The notes under the pieces are model-generated. The model was not told the origin of the DNA, did not search any database, and saw nothing but the letters and a program-made list of their open reading frames with translations. From assembly GCA_015057875.1 (NCBI GenBank), contig SVDG01000001.1, positions 1-41,087 on the forward strand: a stretch of DNA of 41,087 nt, read 5' to 3'. The position numbers and the translations under genes were made by a program. This DNA comes from Lachnospiraceae bacterium (GTDB lineage: Bacteria; Bacillota; Clostridia; Lachnospirales; Anaerotignaceae). Shown here piece after piece: positions 17,580 to 26,819 of this stretch (positions are counted from its first letter, which is position 1; each line of letters begins with the position of its first letter).

Positions 17580-17751
17580 CCTGCTTCTCCTCAAAAAAGT
17601 AAAGTCCGCTTTACATATTATTTATACTATGTATGACCCAAAATGTCAAGCTTATTTTACATTTTTCATTAAATACCATCTTTACATATTGAAACTAAAA
17701 GTATAATATATAATTGCAAAATTATGTATACTTTACGGAAGGATGATATAA

Positions 17752-19197
17752 ATGGAAATTAGAACAAGATTTGCACCCAGCCCCACAGGCTATATGCATA
17801 TCGGTAACTTACGTACAGCTCTTTATGAGTACCTTATTGCTAAAAATGAGGGTGGCAAATTTATTTTAAGAATTGAGGACACAGACCAGGGACGTCTTGT
17901 TGAGGGTGCTACAGATGTTATTTTTGAAACACTTAAAACAACAGGTCTTAAACATGATGAAGGTCCCGATGTAGGCGGTGACTACGGTCCCTATATCCAG
18001 AGTGAGAGAATGGGAACATATATGGAATATGCCCTTCAGCTTGTTGAAAAAGGTGCAGCTTACTACTGCTTCTGTACAAAAGAGCGTCTTGACAGCCTCA
18101 AGGAGTCTGCAAACGGTGAGTCTTTTGCAAAATATGACAGGCATTGTCTTTCACTTACAAAAGAAGAGATAGAAGAAAATCTTAAAAACGGTGTACCCTT
18201 CGTTATCCGTCAGAAAATGCCTACAGAGGGTACAACAAGCTTTGATGACGTAGTTTACGGCACGATCTCAGTTAATAACGAAGAGCTTGATGACCAGATA
18301 CTTATCAAATCAGATGGCTTCCCCACATATAACTTTGCTAACGTAGTTGATGACCACCTTATGAACATCACACACGTTGTAAGAGGAAGCGAGTATCTTT
18401 CATCAACACCCAAATACAACTTATTATATGATGCTTTCGGCTGGACAGCCCCCACTTATGTGCATCTTCCTCCTGTTATGAAGGATCAGTCACATAAGCT
18501 TTCAAAACGTAACGGCGATGCTTCTTTCCAGGACCTTGTAGCTAAAGGCTATCTCCCCGAGGCTATAATGAACTACATCGCTCTTTTAGGCTGGAGCCCT
18601 TCAGACAACACGGAAATATTCACACTTGAAGAGCTTACAGAAAAATTCAATGTTTCCGGCTTAAGTAAATCACCCTCTATTTTTGATATACAGAAGCTCA
18701 CATGGATGAACGGAGAATATATCAAAAATATGGAGTTTGACAGATACTACTCATTTGTTGAGCCTAAAATCAACGAGGTATTAGGTGACCTTCCCTATGA
18801 CAGAAAGGTTATTGCTACACTTTTACAGAAGAGGATAGAAACATTTAATGATGTTAAAGAGCAGATCGATTTCTTAGCTGCTCTTCCCGAATACAGCACA
18901 GAACTTTATTTCCATAAGAAAATGAAGTCTACTGTTGAAACTTCTGTTGTAAGCTTAAAAGCTGCTTTACCCGTGCTTGAAGCTATTACAGAGTGGAATA
19001 ACGATAACCTCTATGGCACATTAAGCGCCCTTGCTGCTGAGATGGGTATCAAAAACGGTCAGATGCTCTGGCCTATACGTACAGCACTTTCAGGCAAGAG
19101 TGCTTCACCCGGCGGAGCAAGCGAGCTTGCAGAAATTCTCGGTAAAGAGGAAACTATCAGACGTATCAACAAAGGCATCTCAATGCTCGAAGCTTAA
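17752..19197 (+). CDS. gltX: Glutamate--tRNA ligase
   Basis: 481 aa with a HIGH motif ([11 protein letters not shown]) and a KMSKS motif (KLSKR). RBS GGAAGGATG. Confidence 0.97.
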   Translation: MEIRTRFAPSPTGYMHIGNLRTALYEYLIAKNEGGKFILRIEDTDQGRLVEGATDVIFETLKTTGLKHDEGPDVGGDYGPYIQSERMGTYMEYALQLVEKGAAYYCFCTKERLDSLKESANGESFAKYDRHCLSLTKEEIEENLKNGVPFVIRQKMPTEGTTSFDDVVYGTISVNNEELDDQILIKSDGFPTYNFANVVDDHLMNITHVVRGSEYLSSTPKYNLLYDAFGWTAPTYVHLPPVMKDQSHKLSKRNGDASFQDLVAKGYLPEAIMNYIALLGWSPSDNTEIFTLEELTEKFNVSGLSKSPSIFDIQKLTWMNGEYIKNMEFDRYYSFVEPKINEVLGDLPYDRKVIATLLQKRIETFNDVKEQIDFLAALPEYSTELYFHKKMKSTVETSVVSLKAALPVLEAITEWNNDNLYGTLSALAAEMGIKNGQMLWPIRTALSGKSASPGGASELAEILGKEETIRRINKGISMLEA

Positions 19198-19425
19198 GAC
19201 CTTGGGGCTTTGCCCCCATACCCCACGAACCTTTAAAAAGGTTCGATCCAAACTTTCAATTCAAAAAGCCCCTATCCCGAAAATTCGGGATAGGGGCTTT
19301 TTAAGTTAAAGTTTAGGTCAAGCCTTTTTAAATGACGAAACCGCCAGAGAAAGGGCGGCGGCGTAGCCGTTCGCGAAGCGAATTTCTGAGCTTGCCAGCT
19401 TGCGAAGTTTGAGGCAGAGCCTCAA
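19195..19425. repeat. Mosaic intergenic repeat, copy B (flanks inverted relative to copy A, core in the same orientation, plus a ~69-bp extra hairpin segment)
   Basis: Starts with the gltX stop codon: TAAGACCTTGGGGCTTTGCCCCCATACCCCAC. The core follows, then TGACGAAACCGCC...CCAGCTT, then GCGAAGTTTGAGGCAGAGCCTCAA. Confidence 0.85.
19263..19302. terminator. Bidirectional terminator inside repeat copy B (gltX and SPFH gene converge here)
   Basis: AAAAAGCCCCTATCCCG AAAAT TCGGGATAGGGGCTTTTT. Confidence 0.8.
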
Positions 19426-19428
19426 AAA

Positions 19429-20346
19429 TCAGTTATCAGCGATCTCTTTAAGGCTTGCCGCAAGAGAGCCAAGGCTCTGTATCTCACTGGGGATAATGAT
19501 CTTTGTAGCCTGACCATCAGCGGCTTTTTCAAAGGCCTCAAGGCTCTTAATAGCAATAACATTTTTATCTGGCGCCGCTTCGTTAAGCATTTTAAGGCCC
19601 TCAGCAGTAGCACGGTGGATATTAAGTATTGCCTCCGCCTCACCTTCTGCACGCCTAATCTGCGCTTCTTTATCAGCCTCCGCTTTAAGTATAGCGGCTT
19701 CCTTATCCGCCTGTGCTCTTAAAATAGCGGCCTCCTTCTCACCTTCTGCAACAAGGATAGCACTTCTCTTTTCACCCTCAGCCTGAAGTATCTTCTCACG
19801 TCTTTCACGCTCCGCCTTCATCTGTTTTTCCATGGAATCCTGTATTTCTTTAGGGGGCATGATATTTTTAAGCTCAACTCGGTTTATCTTTATACCCCAA
19901 GGGTCAGTTGCCTCATCAAGTATAACTCTCATTTTTGAGTTTATGATATCCCTTGATGTAAGTGTCTGGTCAAGCTCAAGCTCACCTATAATATTACGTA
20001 AAGTTGTAGCAGTAAGGTTTTCAATAGCTCTTATGGGGTTTTCAACACCATATACATAAAGCTTAGGGTCTGTTATCTGCAAATAAATTACAGTATCTAT
20101 CTGCATAGTTACGTTATCCTTTGTAATAACAGGCTGAGGCGGGAAATCCGCAACAAGCTCTTTAAGGTTTACCTTTTTTGATACCCTATCTATTATAGGG
20201 ATAAGGAAATGGGGTCCCGTGTGCCATGACTTATGGTAAGCACCCAGCCTTTCCACAACATAAACATAAGCCTGAGGTACTATCTTTATATTAAGCACCG
20301 CAATTATAACTATCAAAAGAATAAGTATTATGAGGATCAATTCCAT
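19429..20346 (-). CDS. SPFH/band-7 (stomatin-prohibitin-like) membrane protein
   Basis: 305 aa with an N-terminal TM, an SPFH core (VPQAYVYVVERLG...) and a C-terminal AEGE/AEADKEA coiled-coil repeat. Confidence 0.9.
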   Translation of the reverse strand: MELILIILILLIVIIAVLNIKIVPQAYVYVVERLGAYHKSWHTGPHFLIPIIDRVSKKVNLKELVADFPPQPVITKDNVTMQIDTVIYLQITDPKLYVYGVENPIRAIENLTATTLRNIIGELELDQTLTSRDIINSKMRVILDEATDPWGIKINRVELKNIMPPKEIQDSMEKQMKAERERREKILQAEGEKRSAILVAEGEKEAAILRAQADKEAAILKAEADKEAQIRRAEGEAEAILNIHRATAEGLKMLNEAAPDKNVIAIKSLEAFEKAADGQATKIIIPSEIQSLGSLAASLKEIADN

Positions 20347-20348
20347 AT

Positions 20349-20783
20349 TTATTCATCTCCTTCCAATTTTTCAACAATAAGCTTAACACCTTTTATATCT
20401 TTGACCCTGACTCTTTCTCCCGCAGGGATAATTTTTCCTCCGGCATCCATAGCCGACCATTCCTTACCGTCTATGGCAACACTACCTTTTGTTCCAAGCT
20501 CATCTATGTCCTCCATAACTATGCATACCTTACCTAAAAGTCTATCCATATTGGTAGGCACATATTCCGGTTTGACCTTTTTAACAAATGGCTTTGTTAA
20601 AAAAAGAAGTGCCACAGAAACTATAATAAACGCCACAAGCTGACCTATCATACCGAATCCCAGCTTCTGCACAAGAAATGCCGCAAGAGCTCCAAAGGAA
20701 AACCATATAGAAACAAGTGTACCTGCCGTAACTATTTCAGCTATCAGCAGAATCGCAAATACTATAAGCCAGAAATATGTCAT
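20349..20783 (-). CDS. NfeD-family membrane protein
   Basis: 144 aa with three N-terminal TM segments and a C-terminal OB-like domain. It lies 2 nt upstream of the SPFH gene, the classic NfeD-SPFH operon arrangement. Confidence 0.85.
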   Translation of the reverse strand: MTYFWLIVFAILLIAEIVTAGTLVSIWFSFGALAAFLVQKLGFGMIGQLVAFIIVSVALLFLTKPFVKKVKPEYVPTNMDRLLGKVCIVMEDIDELGTKGSVAIDGKEWSAMDAGGKIIPAGERVRVKDIKGVKLIVEKLEGDE

Positions 20784-20876
20784 TTTAATTCCCTCCTTTT
20801 TTATAGTATATCATATTCTGCACACTTTAGCATTACAATATAATTACATTGACGATATTTTTTTAAAAAAGTTGCA

Positions 20877-20908
20877 TAAAAAAGCCCTGCCGTTACCGAC
20901 AGGGCCAA
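20877..20908 (-). terminator. Terminator after the SufB/D-like gene
   Basis: The minus strand reads GGCCCTG TCGGTAACGG CAGGGC TTTTTT. Confidence 0.75.
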
Positions 20909-20916
20909 AATAATAT

Positions 20917-21843
20917 TTATTTTAAGAAACCGTTTATGATATGCTCCTCAGCCTCTGCCTCTGTAAGACCAAGAGTCATAAGCTTGATAAGCTGTTCACC
21001 TGCGATTTTACCGATAGCCGCCTCATGGATAAGAGAAGCTTCAATATTGTTTGCACTTATCTCAGGGATCGCGCTTACCGTAGCATCGTCCATAATGATG
21101 GCATCACATTCGCTGTGGCCGGCGCATTTTGCGTTGCCATTGATCTTTGAAAGGAAAAGCTGTTTGCTCTTATCCTTTGCAACTGACCTTGAAATAAGGT
21201 TTGCACTTGAGCCTTCGCCATCAAGGTCTACCTCAAAAGCTGTTTCCGCATACTGTTTACCATGAGTAAGTATCTTTTCTTTAATGATAAGTGTTGCTCC
21301 GTCTTTAAGTACAGCCTTTGACTCACGCTTTGTTGAATCAACACCTTTAAGCTGAACTGTTTCAAGCTCGCAGTAGCTGCCCTCTTCGGCATAGATCTCT
21401 GTAACGGGGTTGATGATGTTTTCACCTGTGCCGTCACCTGTACCGATATGCTTTTCAACATATCTCATTTTGGCGTTTTTACCAACAAAAAATCTGTGGA
21501 TACCGTCATGCTCTGATTTCTGGTCTCCGCTGTTGTGGATACCACATCCTGCAACTATAAGAACGTCTGCATCCTCACCTATATAAAAATCATTGTATAC
21601 AAGGTCCATAACACCTGTTTTTGTTATAAGGGCAGGGATATGCACACTCTCGTTTTTAGTACCGGGCTTGATGATGATATCGATACCGGGTTTATCTGTT
21701 TTTGTAACTATATCAATGTTGGCCGTTGTTTTTCTGTCAGCACCCTCACCGTTTGCTCTTATGTTATAAGCTCCTGAAGGAACGCCGTGAAGGTCTGACA
21801 CCTCTTCCATAAGGTTCAATAAAAGTTTATCCATTACGCTCAA
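20917..21843 (-). CDS. SufB/SufD-family Fe-S cluster assembly scaffold protein (short, 308 aa)
   Basis: The C-terminus ...LIHEAAIGKIAGEQLIKLMTLGLTEAEAEEHIINGFLK is the SufB/D signature. It overlaps the SufC-like gene by 4 nt. Confidence 0.8.
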   Translation of the reverse strand: MSVMDKLLLNLMEEVSDLHGVPSGAYNIRANGEGADRKTTANIDIVTKTDKPGIDIIIKPGTKNESVHIPALITKTGVMDLVYNDFYIGEDADVLIVAGCGIHNSGDQKSEHDGIHRFFVGKNAKMRYVEKHIGTGDGTGENIINPVTEIYAEEGSYCELETVQLKGVDSTKRESKAVLKDGATLIIKEKILTHGKQYAETAFEVDLDGEGSSANLISRSVAKDKSKQLFLSKINGNAKCAGHSECDAIIMDDATVSAIPEISANNIEASLIHEAAIGKIAGEQLIKLMTLGLTEAEAEEHIINGFLK

Positions 21844-22556
21844 TCCTCCTTGCTGAAAAATTTACATGCAGGACTTGCTGAACCTAAAAGTTCAGGTAAG
21901 ATATCAGCTTTTTTACCTTTAGCCGCGATCTGTCCCTTTGATAAAACAACTATTTCATCAGCAATATCAAGGATACGCTCCTGATGAGAAATTATTATTA
22001 TAGAGCCGTTTATTTCAGAGTGCATTTTCTCAAAAACATTTATAAGGTTTTTAAAGCTCCATAAGTCAATGCCTGCCTCAGGCTCATCAAAAATGGACAC
22101 CTGAGTTTTTCTTGCATTTATCATAGCTATCTCTATACGTTTAAGCTCGCCGCCTGAAAGGCTAGCGTTGACCTCACGATTAACATAATCTTTAGCACAA
22201 AGGCCTACCTCCGCAAGATATTCACATACCTTGCCGAAACTTAATTCCTCACCAGCCGCAAGAGAGATAAGGTCCCTTACTGTTATGCCTTTAAAACGTA
22301 CAGGCTGCTGGAAAGCAAAGCTTATGCCCTTTCTTGCCCTTTCTGTTATACCAAGCTCTGTAATATCCTCACCGTTTAAAAGTATCTGACCTGACTGAGG
22401 TTTAATTATACCCGCGATTATTTTTGCAAGTGTACTTTTACCTCCGCCGTTAGGGCCTGTGATAACTACAAATTTAGAATCTTCTATGGTAAGGCTTATG
22501 TCGTTAATTATATTTTTTTCATCTGCACTGTAGCAGATATTTTTAAGTTCAAGCAT
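21840..22556 (-). CDS. SufC-like ABC ATPase
   Basis: Walker A GPNGGGKST, signature LSGGE and Walker B IFDEPEAGID. The ATG at 22556 lies 6 nt after AGGGAGGA. Confidence 0.85.
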   Translation of the reverse strand: MLELKNICYSADEKNIINDISLTIEDSKFVVITGPNGGGKSTLAKIIAGIIKPQSGQILLNGEDITELGITERARKGISFAFQQPVRFKGITVRDLISLAAGEELSFGKVCEYLAEVGLCAKDYVNREVNASLSGGELKRIEIAMINARKTQVSIFDEPEAGIDLWSFKNLINVFEKMHSEINGSIIIISHQERILDIADEIVVLSKGQIAAKGKKADILPELLGSASPACKFFSKED

Positions 22557-22680
22557 TTTTTGTCCTCCCTGAAAGTTCCACCGGGACACAATATCCCTTA
22601 TTTTAAAATGAAACTCTTAAAAATTATATATTTGTATTTGGAATATGTCAACAAAATTGCCCGTTTTTTGAATAATAGTA

Positions 22681-22709
22681 TTGACTTAAATGTAAAATAT
22701 AAATAAAAT
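22681..22709 (+). promoter_or_regulatory. Candidate sigma-A promoter of tRNA-Arg
   Basis: TTGACT, a 17-nt spacer and TAAAAT, ending about 18 nt upstream of the tRNA 5' end. Confidence 0.5.
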
Positions 22710-22726
22710 ATACAGGCAAGATATTT

Positions 22727-22800
22727 GTTTCCGTAGCTCAGTAGGATAGAGCGACCGCCTCCTAAGCGGTAGGTCGCAGGTTCGATTCCTGTCGGGAACG
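22727..22800 (+). tRNA. tRNA-Arg (anticodon CCT)
   Basis: Cloverleaf folded by hand: acceptor GTTTCCG/CGGGAAC, D arm GCTC/GAGC, anticodon arm ACCGC-CTCCTAA-GCGGT, T arm GCAGG-TTCGATT-CCTGT, discriminator G. No CCA is encoded. Confidence 0.9.
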
Positions 22801-22802
22801 TT

Positions 22803-22836
22803 AAAGGTGCTGAAAAATCAGCACCTTTTGTTTTTA
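22803..22836 (+). terminator. Terminator after tRNA-Arg
   Basis: AAAGGTGCTG AAAAAT CAGCACCTTT followed by TGTTTTT. Confidence 0.8.
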
Positions 22837-22860
22837 TAAGCCCTTTTATTCACAATAAAA

Positions 22861-23514
22861 CTATATCCCATAAAACCTTATAAACTCTCTCGTTTCCTCT
22901 TTTTCAGGGTTTTCAAGAATCTTCTGTGTTTCCCCTTGTTCAACTATTCTTCCTTCATTTATAAAAATGATCTCATCTGCGACCCTTTTTGCCTGTGAAA
23001 GACTATGAGTTATAAGTATTACCACACATTCTTTATCCCCGCAATAATCCCTTATTATCTCCTCAGAAAGCAAAGTGCTTTTCATATCCATAGATGCACA
23101 TGGCTCATCAAATATGACCATATCATACTTTTCCATAAGTATCCTTGCAAGAGCCATCCTTGCCGTTTCCCCGCCGGATAATCCCTTGGCATTATGCTCG
23201 CTTAAATGCTTTATCTCAAGCCACTCCATAAGAGTATCTGCCAATGTCTCATCCTTGACCTTAAGCATTACATTCTCTTTGACACTCATCCTGAAAGGGA
23301 AACTTTTCTGTGACATATAGCCTATACTTTCACCATCTGTAACGCTTCTTCCGTCATCGGCCTTTTCAATTGCCGAAATTATTTTTGCAAAAGTACTTTT
23401 GCCGCTTCCGTTGGCTCCGATAACAGCATATATCTTTCCTTTTCCAAAAAACATATCCTCTGTTTTAAGTACTGTTTTACCATTATAGGTTTTGCTAAAT
23501 GCTCTTATTTTCAT
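22861..23514 (-). CDS. tupC: ABC transporter ATP-binding protein (tungstate uptake, TupC-like)
   Basis: 217 aa with Walker A GANGSGKST, LSGGE and Walker B. It overlaps the permease gene by 4 nt. The substrate is inferred from the TupA-like partner. Confidence 0.75.
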   Translation of the reverse strand: MKIRAFSKTYNGKTVLKTEDMFFGKGKIYAVIGANGSGKSTFAKIISAIEKADDGRSVTDGESIGYMSQKSFPFRMSVKENVMLKVKDETLADTLMEWLEIKHLSEHNAKGLSGGETARMALARILMEKYDMVIFDEPCASMDMKSTLLSEEIIRDYCGDKECVVILITHSLSQAKRVADEIIFINEGRIVEQGETQKILENPEKEETREFIRFYGI

Positions 23515-24197
23515 CTGCTCAACCTCCTTTGCAATACATAAAGAACTATATTAACCAAAAGAGATATTGCCATAAGTATAATACCAAGAGCTATACCAAG
23601 AGCAAAGTCACCCATATTTGTATACTGCATAATGGCTGTAGTCATAACATTTGTTTTCCACGCTATGGCTCCTCCTACCATTGAAACTGCGCCAACCTCC
23701 GCTATCGCCCTTGCAAAAGCAAGAAGATAAGCACTGAATATCTGATAAACAGATTCATTCATAATAAGATAAAAAGTTTTTATCCTTCCTAATCCAAGGC
23801 CTTTAGCCGTTTCTTTTATAAGCTCTGATATACCTGAAACAAAGCTTTCCATGTTTCCTGCAACTATCGGCGTTATAAGAACGGTCTGGGCAAGTATCAT
23901 TACCTCCACCGTAAAAAGAAGCCTTAGGTGCCTGAAAGGCCCAACTCCTGAAAAAAGCATATAAAAAAGAAGACCGCACACTACAGGCGGCATACCCATC
24001 AGGGTACGGTTAAGCATAACAAGTATGCCCCTGCCTTTAAAAGCTCCCGCACCAAGCAATATACCCAACGGTACTCCTATAATGAGAGCTATAAGCGAGC
24101 TTGTTATACTTGTTTTTGCAGTTGTTATCAGAATATCTATAAGCGATGCATCCGCTGTCATAATAAGAGAGATCGCCTTCATAAATGCCGTCTGCAC
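23511..24197 (-). CDS. tupB: ABC transporter permease (TupB-like)
   Basis: 228 aa with about 5-6 TM segments and size typical of TupB. Confidence 0.7.
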   Translation of the reverse strand: MQTAFMKAISLIMTADASLIDILITTAKTSITSSLIALIIGVPLGILLGAGAFKGRGILVMLNRTLMGMPPVVCGLLFYMLFSGVGPFRHLRLLFTVEVMILAQTVLITPIVAGNMESFVSGISELIKETAKGLGLGRIKTFYLIMNESVYQIFSAYLLAFARAIAEVGAVSMVGGAIAWKTNVMTTAIMQYTNMGDFALGIALGIILMAISLLVNIVLYVLQRRLSR

Positions 24198-24259
24198 TGT
24201 AAAGTCACCTTTTTCTTTAAAAAAGCCCCCGGCAAAAACCGAGGGCTTATCGGAATTTA

Positions 24260-25255
24260 TTACATTATACCATTGTTTGCAACAAATGTTAAGAATGTAG
24301 CTTTATCTGTAAGGATATATCCTTCCATTTCTTCTGCCATAACAAGGCAAGCACCCATACCGGCATTAGCTGATGTGTACCACTCTGTGTAAGAAGCAAA
24401 GCTTTCGGGCTCTGCTGTGATGCCAAGGTCCGCACTCCAAAGAGAGATCTCTTTTGTATGTGTACCTGAACCGTCACCTCTTGAGATGAATATGTATTTG
24501 CCTTCTGCAATAGCTGCAAAAGCGTCAAGTACTGTAGCCGCATCTTTTACACCTGCGGGGTCAGATGAAGGTCCGCAAAGAACGAAGTAGTTGTAGATGA
24601 ATGATAATCTTTCAGCATCAAAGCCTTCAAGAACACGGCCAAAGCCTTCCTCTACAAAAGCTTCTTCCTGTGATTTTGAATGAACAAGGATAAGGTCAGC
24701 ATTTCCGTATTTAGCTGCAGCGATAGCTTTACCTGTACCTGCACTCTGTACTTCTACTGTGTAACCATAAGCTTCCTCAAACACGGGAAGGATAGCACCT
24801 AAAAGACCTGAATCTTTAACAGATGTTGTTGTTGAAAGACGGATCGTTTTTGTCTCCTCAGTTGCGGGAGCGATCTCACCTGCATATACGGGAGCTCCCT
24901 CTAAATTATAGAAAAGTGTGTTGCCGTACTCTTCCTCACCATAAGCTGCGATAAGGGCTGCTGTATCTTCTAAAAGAAGCCACTGGATAAGGGCATCAGC
25001 ACCTGCTGTATTAACAGCTACATCACTTACTGCGTTTCCGTCAGCATCTGTAAAGGGTGCTTCGGGATCAACGGCGATAACTGTGTATGTATTTAACATT
25101 TTGTCATCTGCTTCCTTAAGGATAGTAAGGTCAACGGCTGCCTCTTCAGTTACTGTTGTTGTTTCTTCCACTTTCTCCTCAGCAGGCTTTGAACAAGCTG
25201 TAAACATACCTACTGACATAACAAGAGCAAGTAAAAGAGTCATGAACTTTTTCAT
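24260..25255 (-). CDS. tupA: Tungstate-binding lipoprotein, TupA-like, apparently circularly permuted
   Basis: Signal peptide with FTAC lipobox. The TupA hallmark LSTTTSVKDSGLL sits at aa 140-152, followed by GTGKA, LVHS, SRGDGSGTH and ILTDKATFL. The normally C-terminal segment (LNTYTVIAVDP...ALIQWLL...) is at aa ~41-118. Confidence 0.75.
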   Translation of the reverse strand: MKKFMTLLLALVMSVGMFTACSKPAEEKVEETTTVTEEAAVDLTILKEADDKMLNTYTVIAVDPEAPFTDADGNAVSDVAVNTAGADALIQWLLLEDTAALIAAYGEEEYGNTLFYNLEGAPVYAGEIAPATEETKTIRLSTTTSVKDSGLLGAILPVFEEAYGYTVEVQSAGTGKAIAAAKYGNADLILVHSKSQEEAFVEEGFGRVLEGFDAERLSFIYNYFVLCGPSSDPAGVKDAATVLDAFAAIAEGKYIFISRGDGSGTHTKEISLWSADLGITAEPESFASYTEWYTSANAGMGACLVMAEEMEGYILTDKATFLTFVANNGIM

Positions 25256-25577
25256 TTTTAAACTCCTCTCTGAATTAAATAAATTTTTTAGTTATAAATC
25301 AAACGGCAGTTTCTCATCCTGCCGAATATAACTCATATACCTCTGTCTTGATTTTTAAACAGTGCTATTGTAAAATCATATTATAAATATTTTTTAGAGT
25401 CACAAGCCACTTATAACTTATAGTTATAGAATAATATTAGTACCACATGACAAAAAAGTCAATATTTTAGTATTTTTTCAAACTTTTAAATTTCTCACTT
25501 ATTCCTAATGGTTATTTATGACATACCAATTATAACCATCAGTTATTACAAGCTACTTTAAATACCTATTCAAGGAC

Positions 25578-26807
25578 GTGATATATTTGTTAAATGTAAA
25601 AACACCAGAGGAAGTATTATCCATTATGGAAAACAATTTTTCTCCCGTTAATGAAGTTGAAACCATATCTATATATGAAGCTGACAGCAGAGTTCTTGCA
25701 AAAGACATATTATCGGTTGAATTCGTTCCGAGCTTTGACCGCTCCACAGTAGACGGTTATGCCGTATATGCATCCGATACTTTCGGCTGTTCGGATTCTA
25801 TCCCCGCAATGCTCCCTGTATCAGGCGAAATACTTATGGGAGAAAGTGCTGATGCCCCTCTTGAAAAAGGATATACTGTATCCGTGCCTACGGGTGGAGC
25901 AATACCCGAAGGTGCCGATTCAGTATGCATGGTCGAGTACACAGAGGATTATGGTGACGGCACTATAGGTATTACAAAAAGCGTTGCCCCGGGAGAAAAC
26001 ATAATATATAAAGGCGATGATGTCTTCCCCGGAAAACTCGTTTTACCCAAAGGTCGAAAGCTTACAGCAAGCGATATAGGTGCCCTTGCGGCTATGGGCA
26101 TCACAAAGGTATGCGTAAGCAAAAAACTCGTTGTCGGTATCATCTCAACCGGTGACGAACTTGTAGATATATCAGAAACACCCGTAAAAGGACAGATAAG
26201 AGACCTTAACTCATCTATGCTTTGTGCACTTGTAAAAAAATGCGGTGCGGCTGCCATCCGCTACGGATTCTTTAAAGATGATGAAACTGTCCTTTCGGAT
26301 ATACTTGATAAAGCACTATCCCAATGCGATATGGTCCTTATTTCAGGCGGAAGCTCTGTAGGACTTAAAGATGCAACAACAAAGATAATCGAGCAAAAAG
26401 GCGAGCTTCTCTTCCACGGCATAGCTATGAAGCCAGGCAAACCAACCATACTCGGAAAAGCAGGAAACAAACCCATCTTCGGTCTTCCCGGTCATCCTGT
26501 TGCGGCATTTCTTATAACACATATTTTTGCCCGTCCGCTTATTTATCACCTTATGGGTAAAAAATATAAAAACATAACCGTACCTGCAATACTTACAGAA
26601 ACAGTAAGTGCTAATCACGGACGTGCACAGTATACAGGCGTATTTCTTGAAGAAAGAGAAGGAAAGCTGTTTGCCCGACCCATACGAGGGAAGTCCGGTC
26701 TTATAACTACCCTTGCAGCCTCTGACGGATACTTCGCCATAGACCGTGACTGTGAAGGCCTTAAGGAAGGCTCAATAATAAACGTTACTCTTTATTCACT
26801 TGATTAG
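25578..26807 (+). CDS. moeA: Molybdopterin molybdenum/tungsten transferase MoeA
   Basis: 409 aa with SRVLAKDILS..VPSFDRSTVDGYAV, ISTGDEL and ISGGSSVG motifs. The start (GTG 25578 or TTG 25587) is uncertain. Confidence 0.9.
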   Translation: MIYLLNVKTPEEVLSIMENNFSPVNEVETISIYEADSRVLAKDILSVEFVPSFDRSTVDGYAVYASDTFGCSDSIPAMLPVSGEILMGESADAPLEKGYTVSVPTGGAIPEGADSVCMVEYTEDYGDGTIGITKSVAPGENIIYKGDDVFPGKLVLPKGRKLTASDIGALAAMGITKVCVSKKLVVGIISTGDELVDISETPVKGQIRDLNSSMLCALVKKCGAAAIRYGFFKDDETVLSDILDKALSQCDMVLISGGSSVGLKDATTKIIEQKGELLFHGIAMKPGKPTILGKAGNKPIFGLPGHPVAAFLITHIFARPLIYHLMGKKYKNITVPAILTETVSANHGRAQYTGVFLEEREGKLFARPIRGKSGLITTLAASDGYFAIDRDCEGLKEGSIINVTLYSLD

Positions 26808-26819
26808 GAGATGAAATAT

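Noticed and set aside
17595-17751. A T-box leader upstream of gltX.
   Set aside because: The leader is only ~155 nt and AT-rich. It has no GGGTGGTACC-type T-box sequence and no terminator/antiterminator pair.
19422-19652. A 76-aa Arg/Leu-rich minus-strand ORF overlapping the 3' end of the SPFH gene.
   Set aside because: It is an alternative frame of the AEGE/KEAA coiled-coil repeat region. This is a compositional artefact.
25256-25577. A Moco/Tuco riboswitch upstream of tupA or moeA.
   Set aside because: The region is very AT-rich. I could find only one short hairpin (GGCAG...CTGCC) and none of the conserved GC-rich helices I associate with that motif. A covariance-model scan (Rfam Moco_RNA_motif) would settle it.
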